A DNA stretch of 64,000 nucleotides from Balanoglossus misakiensis (GCA_040954595.2 CM082584.2:5460110-5524109), one strand, 5' to 3'; positions 41,626 through 56,877 are shown, numbered from the stretch's first letter. Numbers and translations are program-made. Notes: generated by a model not told the origin, from the sequence alone.

Positions 41626-42436
41626 TAGTCTCGGTTACCCAGACGCCTTTGCTCTTCCGATGCTCTCCAGAAAAGGGTCTGGGGAAATACCGGTTACCCA
41701 GACGCCTTTGCTTCTTCCGATGCTCTCCAGAAAAGGGTCTGGGGAAATGCTATTGAAAGCGTTGTAAAACAAAATGGCCGATGTCAGGATTTTGATCATC
41801 GCCTGATTGGCTGAGCTCTCAGTATGACCCGGGTCATTGCAATAGTTTCGACAATCGTCTACCAAAGATATTTCATATAATTTCTCCAACAATGCTAACA
41901 GAGGACGCCTTTTGCCTTTCGCATCAACCAACAAGTACCGGTCTCTTGATATGAAGATACGACAAATAATCACACATTGTCAAGAGTCAGTGACCCGGGT
42001 CATACTGAGAGCTCAGCCAATCAGGCGATGATCAAAATCCTGACATCGGCCATTTTGTTTTACAAAGCTTTCAATAGCATTTCCCCAGACCCTTTTCTGG
42101 AGAGCATCGGAAGAAGCAAAGGCGTCTGGGTAACCGAGACTATTGAAAGCTTTGTAAAACAAAATGGCCGATGTCAGGATTTTGAACATCGCCTGATTGG
42201 CTGAGCTGTCAGTATGACCCGGGTCACTGCAATAGTTTCGACAATCGTCTACCAAAGATATTTCATATAATTTCTCCACCAATGCTAACAGAGGACGCCT
42301 GTTGCCTTTCGCATCAACCAGCAAGTACCAGTCTCTTGATATGAAGAGACGACAAATAATCACACATTGTCGAGAGTCAGTGACCCGGGTCATACTGACA
42401 GCTCAGCCAATCAGCGGATGATCAAAATCCTGACAT
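41626..42436. mobile_element. Rearranged MITE (TAG...CTA termini, long TIRs) with two internal tandem duplications
   Basis: tagtctcggttacccagacgcc (41626) ... ggcgtctgggtaaccgagacta (42142). A ~60-bp left-end duplication lies at 41631-41748, and the ~295-bp core is repeated at 42140-42436. Confidence 0.75.
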
Positions 42437-43205
42437 ATATATATCCCACATAGTCAATATTCAAACGTACCGGTACATGTAATTTTCTTGAAATTTGAAA
42501 GTTCAATTTGTCTCTACATTCTATAAAAACATAAATGAAATCAAAGTTGCTGGAAAAATTTGTAACTTGATACAAGTGTCGCCGTCTATGAGAAAAGTCA
42601 TTTGCAAGTTCATTCATGACCGCAAAGTTTAATAACATTGTAATACCGGTTAGTTTTCTGTTAAAAATGTCTCGTTATATTTCTCTATAAACATATAAAA
42701 TGAAATCAAACTTACCAGAACAATTTGTAATCTTTATTGTATTATTATTAAATGTGAAGAGAAAATTGTATCCACCTGACTATCTCAGGATTTTTACTTT
42801 GGGATTATACCAAAATAGGTCAAGGAATCACTGTCTACAAGAAAAAAGCATTTAAAAGTTTACTACCACAAAGTTGAACTTTAATAAAATTGCAGTACCC
42901 CTCACTTTTCTGTTTACAATTTCTCGTGATTAATAGTTTCATGTATACATGTATGTAACTGCCGTGCAATTCTGGTATTTTAGCAGAGAATTTGAAAAGA
43001 CTTCTCCAACCACCAGTGGTGTTGATTCTCTCGTTTATAACTGTAAATGAGTGATTTCAGGAAAGATAGCCGTAATATCATAAAATGGGTGCAAACGCAA
43101 TATAGACCACTAGTTTGATGTAACCTTTGCCCTATTAAATCTCCTTTGGAGTTTGAAACCTTCGTAACATTTGCTCAGGCAAAGTATCCCATAATCATCA
43201 AGTAG

Positions 43206-46200
43206 CTAAGAAGTGATATTGGCATATGTTTGAGTATTTTCATCGCAGTACGTCACAACCACTTCATAGCAGAGTTGATATTGTTCCTGGGGAAATATAA
43301 AGAAATGTTTGGGTTTATACAAATTGAAGCGTTGGATTGGACTTGTGTTTGACAGGAGTAGACAATGGACAGTGAGGGGTTACCGGTAGTTGTGGATCTT
43401 TGTAAAAATGTTGGTATTCTCAAATATATTGTTCAATCATTTCAAGCCTCTGATTTCTATTCAGAAATTGTTTATTTAAACTCTAACCTCACCAGTGATT
43501 GTTCTTGAAAGGAAAACAAGGGTGATTTGTTACTCTCAAAAAAGTATACCTACCAGAGTATATCCTTGGTACATACTTAGTAGACAGAGAGGGACAATCA
43601 TGCATTACTGCAGTAAATATACTGTCTATTCGTACCAGCCATTTCACTGTATATTTTACTCACCAATGTTTCAATCATGTTTGGTCTGAAATTTCTGATT
43701 GTCCTGACAGCCTGGAAGACGTCCACCATTTGATCGACTTCGATTCGTTCACATGCAGAGATGGCAGCACAGAATACGCCACTTCGACCAATACCATTGC
43801 TGAAAAGAAAAAGAAAAAGAAAAAGAAAAACCTCAAAATTATAATAGCAACATGTAATACCCCCAAAAATGGAACATTCATGTTCCGTTATAAGCAATGA
43901 CAGTTCTGATTCACACATGGAATTTCTGGCTGAAACAATAACTTACATGCAATGCACAGTAATGGGGCCATTTTCAGCTTCCTGTTGTATTTGCTTAACC
44001 ATGTTCATCAACTCTACGATGATCTTGGTCAGTTTCCCAGTTTCATGGTTGTGTTTCCAACTGCGAATTTGAAACTGGTGTATTGAGACAGAATCCTCTC
44101 CCTAAAAATGGAAATGATAGGATCACATTTGCATCTTTATTATAATTTTCTCTAGGTTTTCATGTATGAATATGCATGGTTACAGAAAAATATTTTTTAT
44201 GCCATACGCATAATAATAAAAATTGTAACAAGACAGACACTTTCAAAAATCAACCATTGATAGATTGGTTGATGATTGATAGATGGACAGACCAATCTCA
44301 GAAACCATTTCTTATTGTTCATTATCACAACAATGAACATTGAACAAAATATTATTTAAATTTCCTACCTTGGAAAGTGTAAGGATTCGTTTGACAATTT
44401 CTCCAACATTTACACTTTCAAGTTTCACGTCAAATGGTCCAAAATGTTTGTTTTCTAATTCACTAGGCCAGTAATAACAGCTACATGTATCCTATAAGAG
44501 ACACAGGGTTAATTTTATATTTCAACCACAACCAGTTGTTAAAGTACAAAAAAAATGGATAATGAACGTCAAATGCGATACTCACTGTCATTTCACTATC
44601 CACGTCGTTCAGCATAACTATGATACGCGATTTGTGATCATAGACCATTCTCCAGAAATCTACGATAGTACTTGGTAAGGGCATCTGGGTTACCAGGAAA
44701 GCATTCTTCACATTGTATGTCTATTAATTGAATAACAGATTAAATCATGTATAATAATGTTCCAAATGTTTGAAGAGACTTAAGTATCATAGTTTAGCAC
44801 TGCCATACCTGAATTTTAAGCTTATACAAAGACTATACTTACATCCAAGAAGCTTGCGTTAATGTAATCTGTTGATTTAGGATCCTGTATGACTGTAGTC
44901 AACATGGGACAGTACTTGTCAACTGTAACATGACCAAGAATCTGTGTGATTAGAGTACCCCCTATATATACTAGTTAATTCAAGCATACTATATGTTAAA
45001 TTTCTTCATTCCTCTTTTGTCTGGAGCCTTCGGACCCATAACTATGTTAATACACTTACTGGGCAAAATATTGGCAAACCGGTTTTTCTTTCGGTTTTTA
45101 GGTAGACGACCTTTCTTAGATTCTTCTGGTTTGGGTTTGTAACTGTTTCCGTTTAAATTCTGTACATTTGAGTGGAGAGAAAAAAATGATTGGTGTGAGT
45201 GAAATGATTCCAATTAAAATATATGATACTTAAGCTTCAATGAATTTCATATTACTTCCTCGAAATTAACTTGTGTTACTGTTGCAATGTGATCGTCCAG
45301 AGGTACATGTAGCTCTGTTAAGTCTTGAATAAAATTTACTCAAAGAAGATGCTACTGGATTTGAATATAAAAATCAGATATTTTGGCTGTTATTTTACCT
45401 AGGACTTAAAAATCAACACTAACCTGCCATTCTGAATACAGACGTGTTTTCATAGTTTGTTGATCTTTTTTCAGTAAATCAGTGAATGTCTTTTTAACAT
45501 CTGAGACTGGAATGGTCGTGGAGGTTAATCTTGTTGAAGGATTCAGGGAGGTATACTCCGATTCTGTTTCCTGAAAACAAAAGAGAACTCAAGTTGATGT
45601 AACTGTGCGGGTAAAAAGAACACAGGGATCATTTTGACCTGTTAACAGCTATGTGGACACAATGAAAGAATGGCTGGTCTTCTTTTAATTGCCACACCAC
45701 ATCCAGCAATGTTCAACTTTTTCCCAACATGTATAACCATTTTAATGTTTTACCAACAGGTTTATGTAATATGAAAATTTAATCAAAATGGCAGACTTTA
45801 AGCAAGGCTAGTACGTGGGTTATCCATAGATCAGGCAACCAGTAAAAGATTATCTGGAATTGGTGATGGAAACTAGGTAAGTTTAAAAAAGGGGTGTACC
45901 AGTACATACGTACTACATTGTTTAGATATGCACTGCCGTATACAAACCATTTCTATTGATAAACCAGCATATGCACTTTCTTCTGGATCCTTTTTAAATG
46001 TTGTAGCTGGTTTTAGATGTGACTTTCCCTTTGATCCTTCAGATGGTACATCTATATAAGCATACTGATCACCATCATCATTGAGGTCCTTTTCTGAGAA
46101 TGCTGAATTGGATGCATCAACTGCATTGAAAAGAGTTGTTTGTATTAATAGGCCATGAGTATATTATCAACAGTTATTTGGAAATAAATAACCTGAAATT

Positions 46201-49200
46201 TACATTGGAAAAACTCATTGGAGAAAAACTTATTTGGTGCTAGATAATACATACGCTATCTTTTACAGTTCAACAAGTATATGGACAAAAGCTGTGTTAA
46301 AATCAACTTCAAGATCATGCATCATAGAAGCTTTTATAGCAGCCAGAACGTTATAAATTGGATATTTTATGCCGGCCCAGGCCCAGCAGCGGTGCTACAC
46401 TGTCGTAAACTGTCCAGTCTGAACCCCTTTTGTACATCTTCGAAATTTACACAAATGTTCCATGAGAAACGGTTTGAAAGACCATTTGCTACCTGAGCAA
46501 GTTTCTTTACCTCGTTTTCTTTTGTCTGCAGTAGTAAGCTTGATTTCCTCTTGTTTGTTATTTCTGTTTGATTTACCTGAGTTTCGCCTATGGTATAAAA
46601 TGTTAAACCTGATTACAAAACTGTCTTATCTACCGGTATTATAGAATATGTAACCTGTAACGGCAATAAAACTGGAGTCAGTTTGCTTTTAAGTAAAAAG
46701 AAGACATGCATCCATGTTATTCTATCACTCACCATCGTCTTACTATGAAAAACGCACCAAAGAGGACACACATAACCAATGCTGTAGCGATGACACCACC
46801 AACAAAGGCAGCAACTGGTATACATGTACTTGGACAGGTAGTTGGCCCACCGGCTGTATTCATTTACAACAGATCATTGTGATAAAAGTGTTAGCCAGAA
46901 TTCATGACATCTTAAAGTATTTCTCAACTGAGAATGTATGACTGTATAGAGGAGCAGTAATATAGTATACATTGATGGCTGTACTTTAATGAAAAGCAAA
47001 AAAATATTTAAATCCAACATACATGCATATATAATAAGCCCACATTCATCTAAGAATATTGCTCCCTGTGATGGCCATCACGTCAGATCACATTGCATGA
47101 TCGTATTCATTGCATGATCGTATTCATTTGAGAGATTGTAGCTTTTCTGCTTTTTCATACTCAAGTCCAGTTCACAAATCAAAGGAATTAATATATCACA
47201 AGCTAAATGGCATATTGATGCAATCAAACATCTCAAATTAGAATTATAGTCATGCACTATAATTATGTAATGTAGTTGCTTACCTGTAAAGGAGAGGGCA
47301 GGAAATTCATCAAGATGGTATATAGGCATAGCCTTTGATGGTCACAGTGGAGGAATTTGATTTAAAAAAACATTTAATTACATTTCATGCCATTCAGTAA
47401 CATTTCAGACACACTGGTATATTGAAGAAAGGCTTAAATTGCAATGTGAACAGATGCTATGAAGATTTGCCCATAGACTAATACTACCATCAACATAAAT
47501 CACTATTTAATTTTACTTGTTACCACCTTACCCCACTTGTTTCACTTCTGAGTCCATAGTAAATGCCATATCGCGTTCCTGTGGTAAGTGGAACGTTGTT
47601 ATAACCACCATACACGTGACCATCACCAATAATGAACGTCTCTGGTAGATTATTGAGAGGAAGTAGTGCTGTGATGTAGTATGGTGTACCCGAAGCATTA
47701 TACTCTCCAAGTTCTGAAGGGTCTACCAGTAAATGTCGCCTTCTTCTATTCTTAGAACTCTCTTCATATTCCAGAACAACAACGTACTCACTGAGAAGAG
47801 AAAAGTGATACAATTAAATAAAAACTTTCAATCTGTGCCTTGACTGTCAATATGGTGATCTGGTAACATTTGGATTTCACATCAAACCTGTTGATGAGAT
47901 GAAAATTAATGCATATATAGGGTGGAATACCAACAAAATCACTTTTGTTCAATGCATCATGACAAAGCTACATCAATTACCCAATCTACCAATCTGCACT
48001 TACATGAGTGTTGTCTTTTCAGAAATGCCCGAGTCGTCTGACAAACCAGGTAAAGTAACCATGGCACTGGTCTTAGAATGTACAACATTACTTGTTACAT
48101 CTGTCACCAGCAGTGTTCTTGAAATATCAACTAAAATGTTAAGCAAATATATACAGAGAATTTAAAATTAAAATAATGTAAAATATTAAAGCAAGAAAAC
48201 AAAGGTGCACATAAACATTGAAAATTAGAGGCGATTACAACATACATGTAGATATGTTGGGAGAAGGTATCTACGCTACATTGTTTTGTTAATATCTTGA
48301 AAGCTGTGTAAAGAACAATGTTTTTAATTTTATAGGCTTGTACACCAGAATCTATAACATTTCTTTTCTTTTCTTGATTAATACTTTCTGAAGTAAAAAC
48401 TAAAGAAAAAGAAAATGACTGAAATCAGATCAATCACAAGATAGAATATTGACGCCCTTTGGTTCCTGAATTGACAAAAACAAAATGTGCACAATTCGGC
48501 GAGAGGTTCGCTACACAACACCATATGGGGCTTCTCCGTTGCTAAACAGTTGAGGGCGCGTCAGTGAAGAGCCTTGTAGCGAACCGTGGGCTGTCAGAGA
48601 GTTTAGTTCATGATATATTTGCACAACAAATAGAAATTAGGTAAAGGTTACATTTTCTACTGGTATTTTATAGTGGACAGACTACCTGTAAATGAAGTGC
48701 CACTTGACACAGTTCTGGGTTCTCCGAAACCCTTGGAAGTGCTGGCATTCACACTGATTTCATATGTGGTTCCAGGATTCAAATTTGTAAGTGTGTGAGT
48801 ATTCACTGTGCCTTCAACAAGAAACGATCGGGTCTCCATCTGTGTGTCTTTGAACACTGAATCTGTGGATGTGTATGATATCTGAAAAAAGAAATTTCAA
48901 TTTTTTTAGGTTTAGTAGTCATTTGTAAAGGCACTTTTTATATTCACAAAAAAAAAAACATTTTTTTGGAGAACCCTGACAGTAATAATTTATTGTCTCA
49001 ATTACAAATACAGATATGGATTTTTACTCTACAAATGGGTTCAATCCCATACAAAACATCTGAATTATTAGTTGATATTACGAAGCCAGTTTCATGGCTT
49101 CTGACATGAAAATATTGAGAAAAAAACCCTCATGTAATCTGTCAGAAAATGCTAGAAAACAAACCTATTAAAATATCTTACCCCATATTGTTGAATGTCT

Positions 49201-52200
49201 CCACTAAATGGAAAGGGATCTGTCCAAATCAATTTAATCTCAGTGTCTGTGATATCTCCAACTTCTAGACTGGTGGGCTCCTGTGGAACTAGTAGAGTCA
49301 AAAGGGAAGAAAACAATTACATGTACTTCTGTGAAGTAGTATTATTCAATGTGGGAGTGGTTATACTGTACAATTTGAAGAAAGTTATTGCTGCAAAGGT
49401 TATGTTCGTGGAGATTAGCACCTTGGAATTTACGGTATGTATTGCCTCTTTTACAGAAAATATTCATCAGGGCCTGTTAAATCTTGCACAAGTATTGTTA
49501 GATTTTGGTCAAATACTGAATTGATAATGATATGTTTAAACTTATAATGCACATCTTCAGCATGCTGCATGGTGATGTTGCCAAGGTTTTTTTAAGTAAC
49601 CTTCCCACTAGGGCTTATAACTTCATTTTTGACTGTAGTATGTATAGAAAACCACATCAACTTACTAATTGTCATTATTGTTGTTGCACTTTTTTCATCA
49701 CTTAAAGGTCCCATTCCTGGGGTTGTGAATGCTCCAACCTGAAAATTGCAAATAAATATATATACATTGTACTATTGTTTTGAACTTGTTAGTCAACGTA
49801 CAGCACTTGTCTATTGGGAGACTTTTTCCCACAAAAGTACTCACCACCTCATTTGCATGTTTGACAAGGTTTTCTGTCCTCAACAAAATTATTGCAAATA
49901 TAATCAACAATACATGTACACATACATGTATATTAACCTTTTGACAGAATAATAATTTTGTGGGGAAAGTTATGAAAATACATGTTATACCTGAACAGTA
50001 TATGAAACATCCTGTGTAAGGTTGGTTATGAGATATGTGTTAACACCACTCAGATCTTCTGTCACTTCTTTCTCTTTCTTTGTGTTTACATCGCTTGTTT
50101 CCCAGTAAATAATTGTATACTTTCTGACGATACCATTTACTGGATCAGGTATTAACCACTGCACTTCAATGGTTGTCACTGTAGGAATCAACGTCACATT
50201 TCGTGGTTTGGACGGCACTGGGTGCATAGAAAACAGTGTATCAGTTATTTACCTGTTTTTCTGGAGTGTGCTGTTGAAGGCATTAGACTGCCATGGGTCT
50301 GTTAGAGTTTAAGTTCTACAGGGCCTGAAAATTCATAAAATGTGCTAATTTCAATGATAGCTTGGTGTAAAAATGCACTTTTTTGTGTTCAAACTGGAAT
50401 GTTCAGCTCCTTTCACAGGTCTACACAGCACTGTTCAATATCTTTCACAAACATATACTGATGGATTTGTATACTTAGTATAGAGAGACCATGAGTTGAA
50501 GTAGTGACATCAAATAATTAAATGTTTCTCAGGATTTACAAATTGGTTCCTCAACTCACCATCTTCAGCGGTTCTTTCAGTTGACACTGGACTCCATGGA
50601 CTTTGTTCATCTCTATTGTCAAATGACACCATCACATCATACTCTGTGTATGCCAGTAATCCGTCAATTATGAAAGTACGTGCAGTTCCATCATTCACCA
50701 CTAACTCTGTATATTCATCATGAGTGTTTGTTTTCTTGTACTTCAAATTGAAACTCTCAATGTATCCATCAGGATTACATTTGATATCTGGTGTGTCAGG
50801 TACCTGTCATAAAGTCAAAAGTTGACAGCATAAATTACACTGTAACCATTAATCTTTAATAATTATAAAACTAATTCCATATTATTGATGCTTAATACAG
50901 AGGAGAACCTACAGTTCTATAGGCCAATAGTTCCTAGTTACCGTAATCAGTCTATTAATTCAACCGCTCCATTAATTCAACCACCCACTATTCTTTGGAA
51001 AATTAATTATTTTATAACCTTCAATTGTTTGACCACTGATTAAATGCATGTGTTGATATTGTGTATTTTTCATGAAGATATCTGCAACTTAAACCTTCCA
51101 AGGTATTCAGAACTCACTGATTTTATTCTGTGTGACCTTAAACAGTTCAATTCTATCATAAATATCACCTAAACTACATGCTGCTGGTGCATACAGTTCA
51201 TGCCATGCAAACATGCCCCCTGAAAAAGTATTCAAGCACTTTGAGTGGCCATTTTTGTTTTATTTTATTTTTATTCTATTAGTTTAGCTTTTCACAAATC
51301 ATATTTATTTTTTCTGGTCGAACTGATGGAGTGATTACGGTAAGATGTTTATTTGATATGGACTGTCTCACAGCCCCTTTTCTGGCTACTCAGATGTTAT
51401 ATTTTTCTGACCACCCTACTAGCCAACCAAGCTGGCAAAAGTAGTGTTGTTACACAATCCTCTGCTACCTCTGTCCTCTGACAGGGGCATCAGTATACAG
51501 CAGAGAATGAAACCAGAATAGCTGGCAAGAGACTGTAAAAGAGTCTACATGCACTAACATTTATGCCACTTTATGAGGATGTATATATATAAAAAATATA
51601 GAGTAATACGAAAATACCATAAACTTGGAAATTTTCGCAAACGAATTTTCGCGAACTTCGAAAGAGTCAAATAAACATGAAAATAAAAGTCACAAAAGAA
51701 CAATGTGTGATTTACATTGTGAAACATAACACACCGTCTCAGCTCTTCAAAATCAAACAGACAAACACATGCACACATTATTTTGCTACACATTGCGAAA
51801 TTTGTTTGAACATCAAGGTTTGTGGCCAAGAATCTTGCTACGAATAGGACAAATAAGCATACAATATAAGTTTTTCAGCGATAATGATGCAGTTAGTGAA
51901 ATACAACGAAATTTTTCTGTTGTGAAAGAATTCTGGTTTACAGTAAAATGAACTAACTACCGGAAAAGGTATGACTCTCTCCTCAGCTCGGACAGTCAGT
52001 CAGTACCATAGTATAACTATACGCCCTTTTCAATGATGCCTTGTTTGAATACAGAAGTACAAAGTGTACAAACCCTACCTCCACTGTAATTCCAATCTCA
52101 TTGGGGTCTGTCGATATTGCACTTTTAATTGTTGGTCCTTCTGAGGGAACTGAAAAAAAGTATATATTTATGTTGAAGGAAGTTTGCGCAATAATAACTG

Positions 52201-55200
52201 TACATATAATCCTGAAATGTCACTGTAATGAAATACTTTTCTCTCTAGCTATATTGTTAGCTGAAACAAATGGCTGATGACATCATACCAGTGGCTCCCA
52301 TGAGCCTTTTAGCACCCATTGGCTAGCTTTAATTCATGGCTATTTCTTCAGCTGTTTGCCAGTGCATGCGTCAAGTGATTATAAGCAGAAAGTGGACAAT
52401 TGGCCAAAATGGAAAATATAAATTTCACGTAGAAATTATCAACATTAGTGAATTTGTCCAGCCATCAACATCGGCAATAGTTTTGATTTTGTGGAACACA
52501 TCAACAGAAATCGAATTGTCCTGATATGCGATTGGCCTATTCTCTGAGGGTGCATAAATATATCACTTACCATCACACAGTGTAGTGGCTGTGGTAACAA
52601 TTTCCTTGCTCCCTTCTCCCTTGAGTCCAGGTCTCGTGACAGTCACTGTGAAATCATAACTTGTAGACCAGTCTAGACCAGTGATGTCTGTGTTGTAACT
52701 CGATTGATCAGGATTAGTTACTGTAATTGTACCATGAGATGTCCAATCATCATCTGATGTCTTTTTGTAGTAAACTAAGTAAGCTTCTGCAGGTCCATCA
52801 CCAACATCATTTCCTGACTCCCATTTCTGCCAAGCAACAGTTGCTTGAGTTGCTTGAACTGCAACGCCTGGTTTTTTATTATCTTTAAATCTTGGTAGTG
52901 CTGAATATTCAAACCATACAAATAAAATTATATGATTACAACATGGAAAAAAGATCTCATGAAATGATTGCATACAAAATATCATGGGTATGAAGAACTA
53001 AAGCATTGATATTGTTAGTCCTTTTACTTACCATACAACTCAAGAAATAACTGCTGAATAACAAAGGGAAAAGGAGCAATGTTTATATAACAATAATAGA
53101 TCTGGCCAATGTTCACAGTAACACCTCTGGCATTTGCTGTGTATTGATAGTCTGCTGCTTCTGCTTGAATATCATCAAACACTTCAGCCGTTGATCCAGA
53201 GAGGTAATATCCCATTTGATTCCGTTGTTGAGTTGGATTGCTTCGACCTTTACATGTAAAGTGTGTCTCTTCACCTGGGTTTACTTTCGTATTCTTGAAT
53301 TCTATTAATTTTGGAGAACCATCTGAAAATTGAAGCCATGAGCCATTTTTAATAAAAACAATACAAAAAAGTATAATTTTAATGAAGCTTATTAATAATC
53401 AATATCATATATTAAGCCAGGTGTGAAAGTGATACAGTAATCCTTTAGCTGAGATGTCACAAGCCAATATTGCACTTCAATATCAAATACACATCCCTCC
53501 CTTGCAATAATTACAACAGCAACAAACAAAATGGGAACCAATAGGGTGTACTGTGCATGTGTATTCAACCTGTTCGCACAAGTGTATGGTACTACATCAA
53601 ATACAAATGACTACCATAAGGTATGCTGAGTACGTAGTTCAAATTTTCTCAGGAGTTCAGCACACTGAAAAATAACCAGTAGAAAAAGAAATGAAACAGA
53701 ACCTATCAGTAACTCACCTTGTTGACAGTGACCACTTGAATGAACATCAATCCATCCTGGAGCACATTCTCCATTTGAACACAAATCAGTTGTCCTGTCA
53801 CACGCTGCATTGTCTTTGCAGTGACATTCATAACTGCACAAGTCACCATAGAAACCAGTAGTGCATGAATCAGGGACTACAGTATCAATAGAACGACAAA
53901 ATTAATTTATTTCAGTTCATGAAATAAATAGTAATTATAAATATATCTGAATCTATTACCATTACCCTGACAGTCAGATACACAAACTTTGTCATGCCGT
54001 ACATGTATATGCACGTCCAACTTGGGTTACAAAACTATAAAAAGCATCAGAAAAGATACTCCATCAGAAAAAGATAAGCACCCACCAAAGTATAAGATTT
54101 GTCACATAAAAAGATGGTCTTGCACCAGAAGAGAACATGAGGCCATGAATAAAAATGGCTGGTGTTCTTTTTATGTGAATTTCACACACCACAATTGACA
54201 CTTCATGCTGTCCTTCTGATGGGTATTCTGTGGTTCATTCAATAATCTTCGCCAGTGAGGGCATATGGGTTTTGTTCTGCTTTGTCATAAAATGTGTGTA
54301 CATGTATATATTTCTAAAAACAATTAACTGTCTTAGACTATATATGTTATAAAAGATACCAAGGAAAAGAGCCTCCCAACATTCAACAGAAAAAATCACT
54401 TACCATGACAATTTGTTCCACTCCACCCTGACTCACATACACCTCCACTGTTACATGCACCAGTTTCTTTATTACACCCATTGGTACAGTGACATGTCTG
54501 TGTACATCCAGAACCATACTTGCCATCTGGACAATCTGTCACAACACAAACAGCAATCATTATAATTTCCTTTTTGTGGTGGCCATTAAACTCTGCCAAC
54601 CTATACCATCTTGTTTTCAAAGGCACATTATACATGTAGATAACAAATATGTATTTATTTGTTTTTGTTACGAGTGAATAGTGATGACAAAATCCAACTT
54701 GTTTGTTGCATTGTCCATCACAATGAATACACTAACATGAACAATACTGTAAAACTTGTTATTTTCGCGATATCGAGACAGGCCACTGTTACGCGAGTAT
54801 TAATTTTCACGTTCTCGTACTGCATCGTTATCTCCGAAAACTACTGTTGTACTCTTATTTGTCGCATTTGTAGCAATATTCTTGCTCACAAACCACAATG
54901 TTCAAACAAATTGCACGATGTGTAGAAAAACATGAAACTGCAACCACTTTAATAAATTACCTGCACTTTCAAACTGAAAACATTTTGTTGCGTGTTTGAC
55001 TATCGTTCTATTACTAGTATTTACCACACTGTTCTTTCACAACTATACTTATGCGAGTCTTTATTTTCGCGTGTTTTGGCTCTTGTGTATTTCGCGTAAA
55101 TTTATTGCTCGCGAAAAAAACGTGTTTTACAGTATAAGTGTCATTTCTTGCATCAACAATTTTTCTTTATGAACCGGTTATACTTACCAGTTGAACAGTT

Positions 55201-56877
55201 TAGTCCTGTATATGATGTACTGCATGAACACCCATAAGGATCAGCTATGCAAAACATATTGCTGCGACATGCGTCTTGATCTGCACTTGAACACGCACGA
55301 CCACACTCTTTTCCCCATTTATTCTTACCACAGCCTGGGATAAAGAATTATCATGTATACCGTACAGTGTTGTAACACACCATGCAGTGAACCCTCGATC
55401 GTGATTCGTCAATACGCCGTCACGTGACCTTAGTAATTTTGAACTGTTCCCTAGGGCATCATTTCGATCAGTTTCTGCCCGGTACTGTTGCCCCGTCTTG
55501 ATATAATTCCGTGTTTGGTGTGTTACAAAACTCATGATGACTGACATATTCGGGCAACAGTGTATTTTTGATGACCTCGGGACTGCCAGTCACACCAAAA
55601 CAGTCTGTTTTCCCTCGGGCTATGCCCTCGGGAAAACTTGTGACTAGCAGCGCCCTCGAACATCAAAATACACTGTTGCCCTCATTGTCAGTCATCATGT
55701 GTATACTGATTAATGATCAAATACATTGCTTGTGTATGAATGTTACATTGCAACCCATTTTAACAGCAAATTGTTTCCATCATCTTAGTCATTCAAATAT
55801 TATAATCAGGTGCATGAAACATTGAACATGAGTAGGTGGTACAAGATGTCTGGAATGGATATTAAGCAGTCGATAAGCATATGTGCTACACAAAGTGAAA
55901 AATTATATAGCTTGTGATATTATACCAGTTAGTTTGTAACGTTTGTGATTTGCTACTGGTATGTCTGAAAATGCTCGCTTGGGAAAAATATGCAGACATT
56001 AATTGTACCTATTCCTATGAGACAATGTCCAATTTCCATATAGGATTATTCCCAAATAAGTCTTCCAATTTGACCATACTGGCACACATTTTTTGGTGTG
56101 ACCATAAAATGTTTGCTTTTATACTTGTAAATAATTGGTAGATTTACATACTGCTGAGAGTTCATGTAAGTTCTCCTTTTAGTACTTAATCGTCCCACTT
56201 AATTATCAGGTTTATCAGAAAATGGATGTACCAGATAACAATTTCACAACTTCAATAGCTATGAACTAGTATACAATGAGCAAATAGTTCTTTGGCATAT
56301 TGCTAAGGAGATTGATTGGGCGTAAACTCTTCCCTTATCCAATTCACACCTGCACAACCTTCTTGCAATTAGTACATGTATTTCATCACTTTTAACACTT
56401 AATATTTAAATATAAAAACATAATGATGTCACTCACCAGTTTCACAGTTGCTTCCCATGAATCCAGGCGGACATATACACTCACTAGTGTCAGAGTTGCA
56501 TATTCCTCCATTGTAACATGTTGGACATGAAGACAGACAGTCTGGTAATCCCCATTTTCCATTTGGACAACCTAAAATGGGAATTGAATATGAATTTCGA
56601 CTTAATTTTCATTCCGATTGTAAATTCAAGAGTAATGCATTCCTGTTGATCTTTTGAGTATGATGCTTTCAACCAATAAAAAAAGTTACCTGGTAAAAAA
56701 TGGATGAATTACAAAATGGTTTTGTTAAGCATTTGCTCAAATACCAAAATGGTAGCTAATACAAGCCTAGCTTAAAGTGGTGAGTTTTGACTGTCCTCAT
56801 CTTGTTTAGCGAAAAATGAAATGACTTTCACAATTGTAAATAGTGAACTTGGGGTACATTGCAATTTATGTTACTTT

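Noticed and set aside
41562-42393. Several mutually similar ORFs of 64-126 aa; repeat-spacer appearance suggestive of CRISPR
   Set aside because: Explained by duplicated palindromic MITE arms. There are no unique spacers or cas genes, and the context is eukaryotic.
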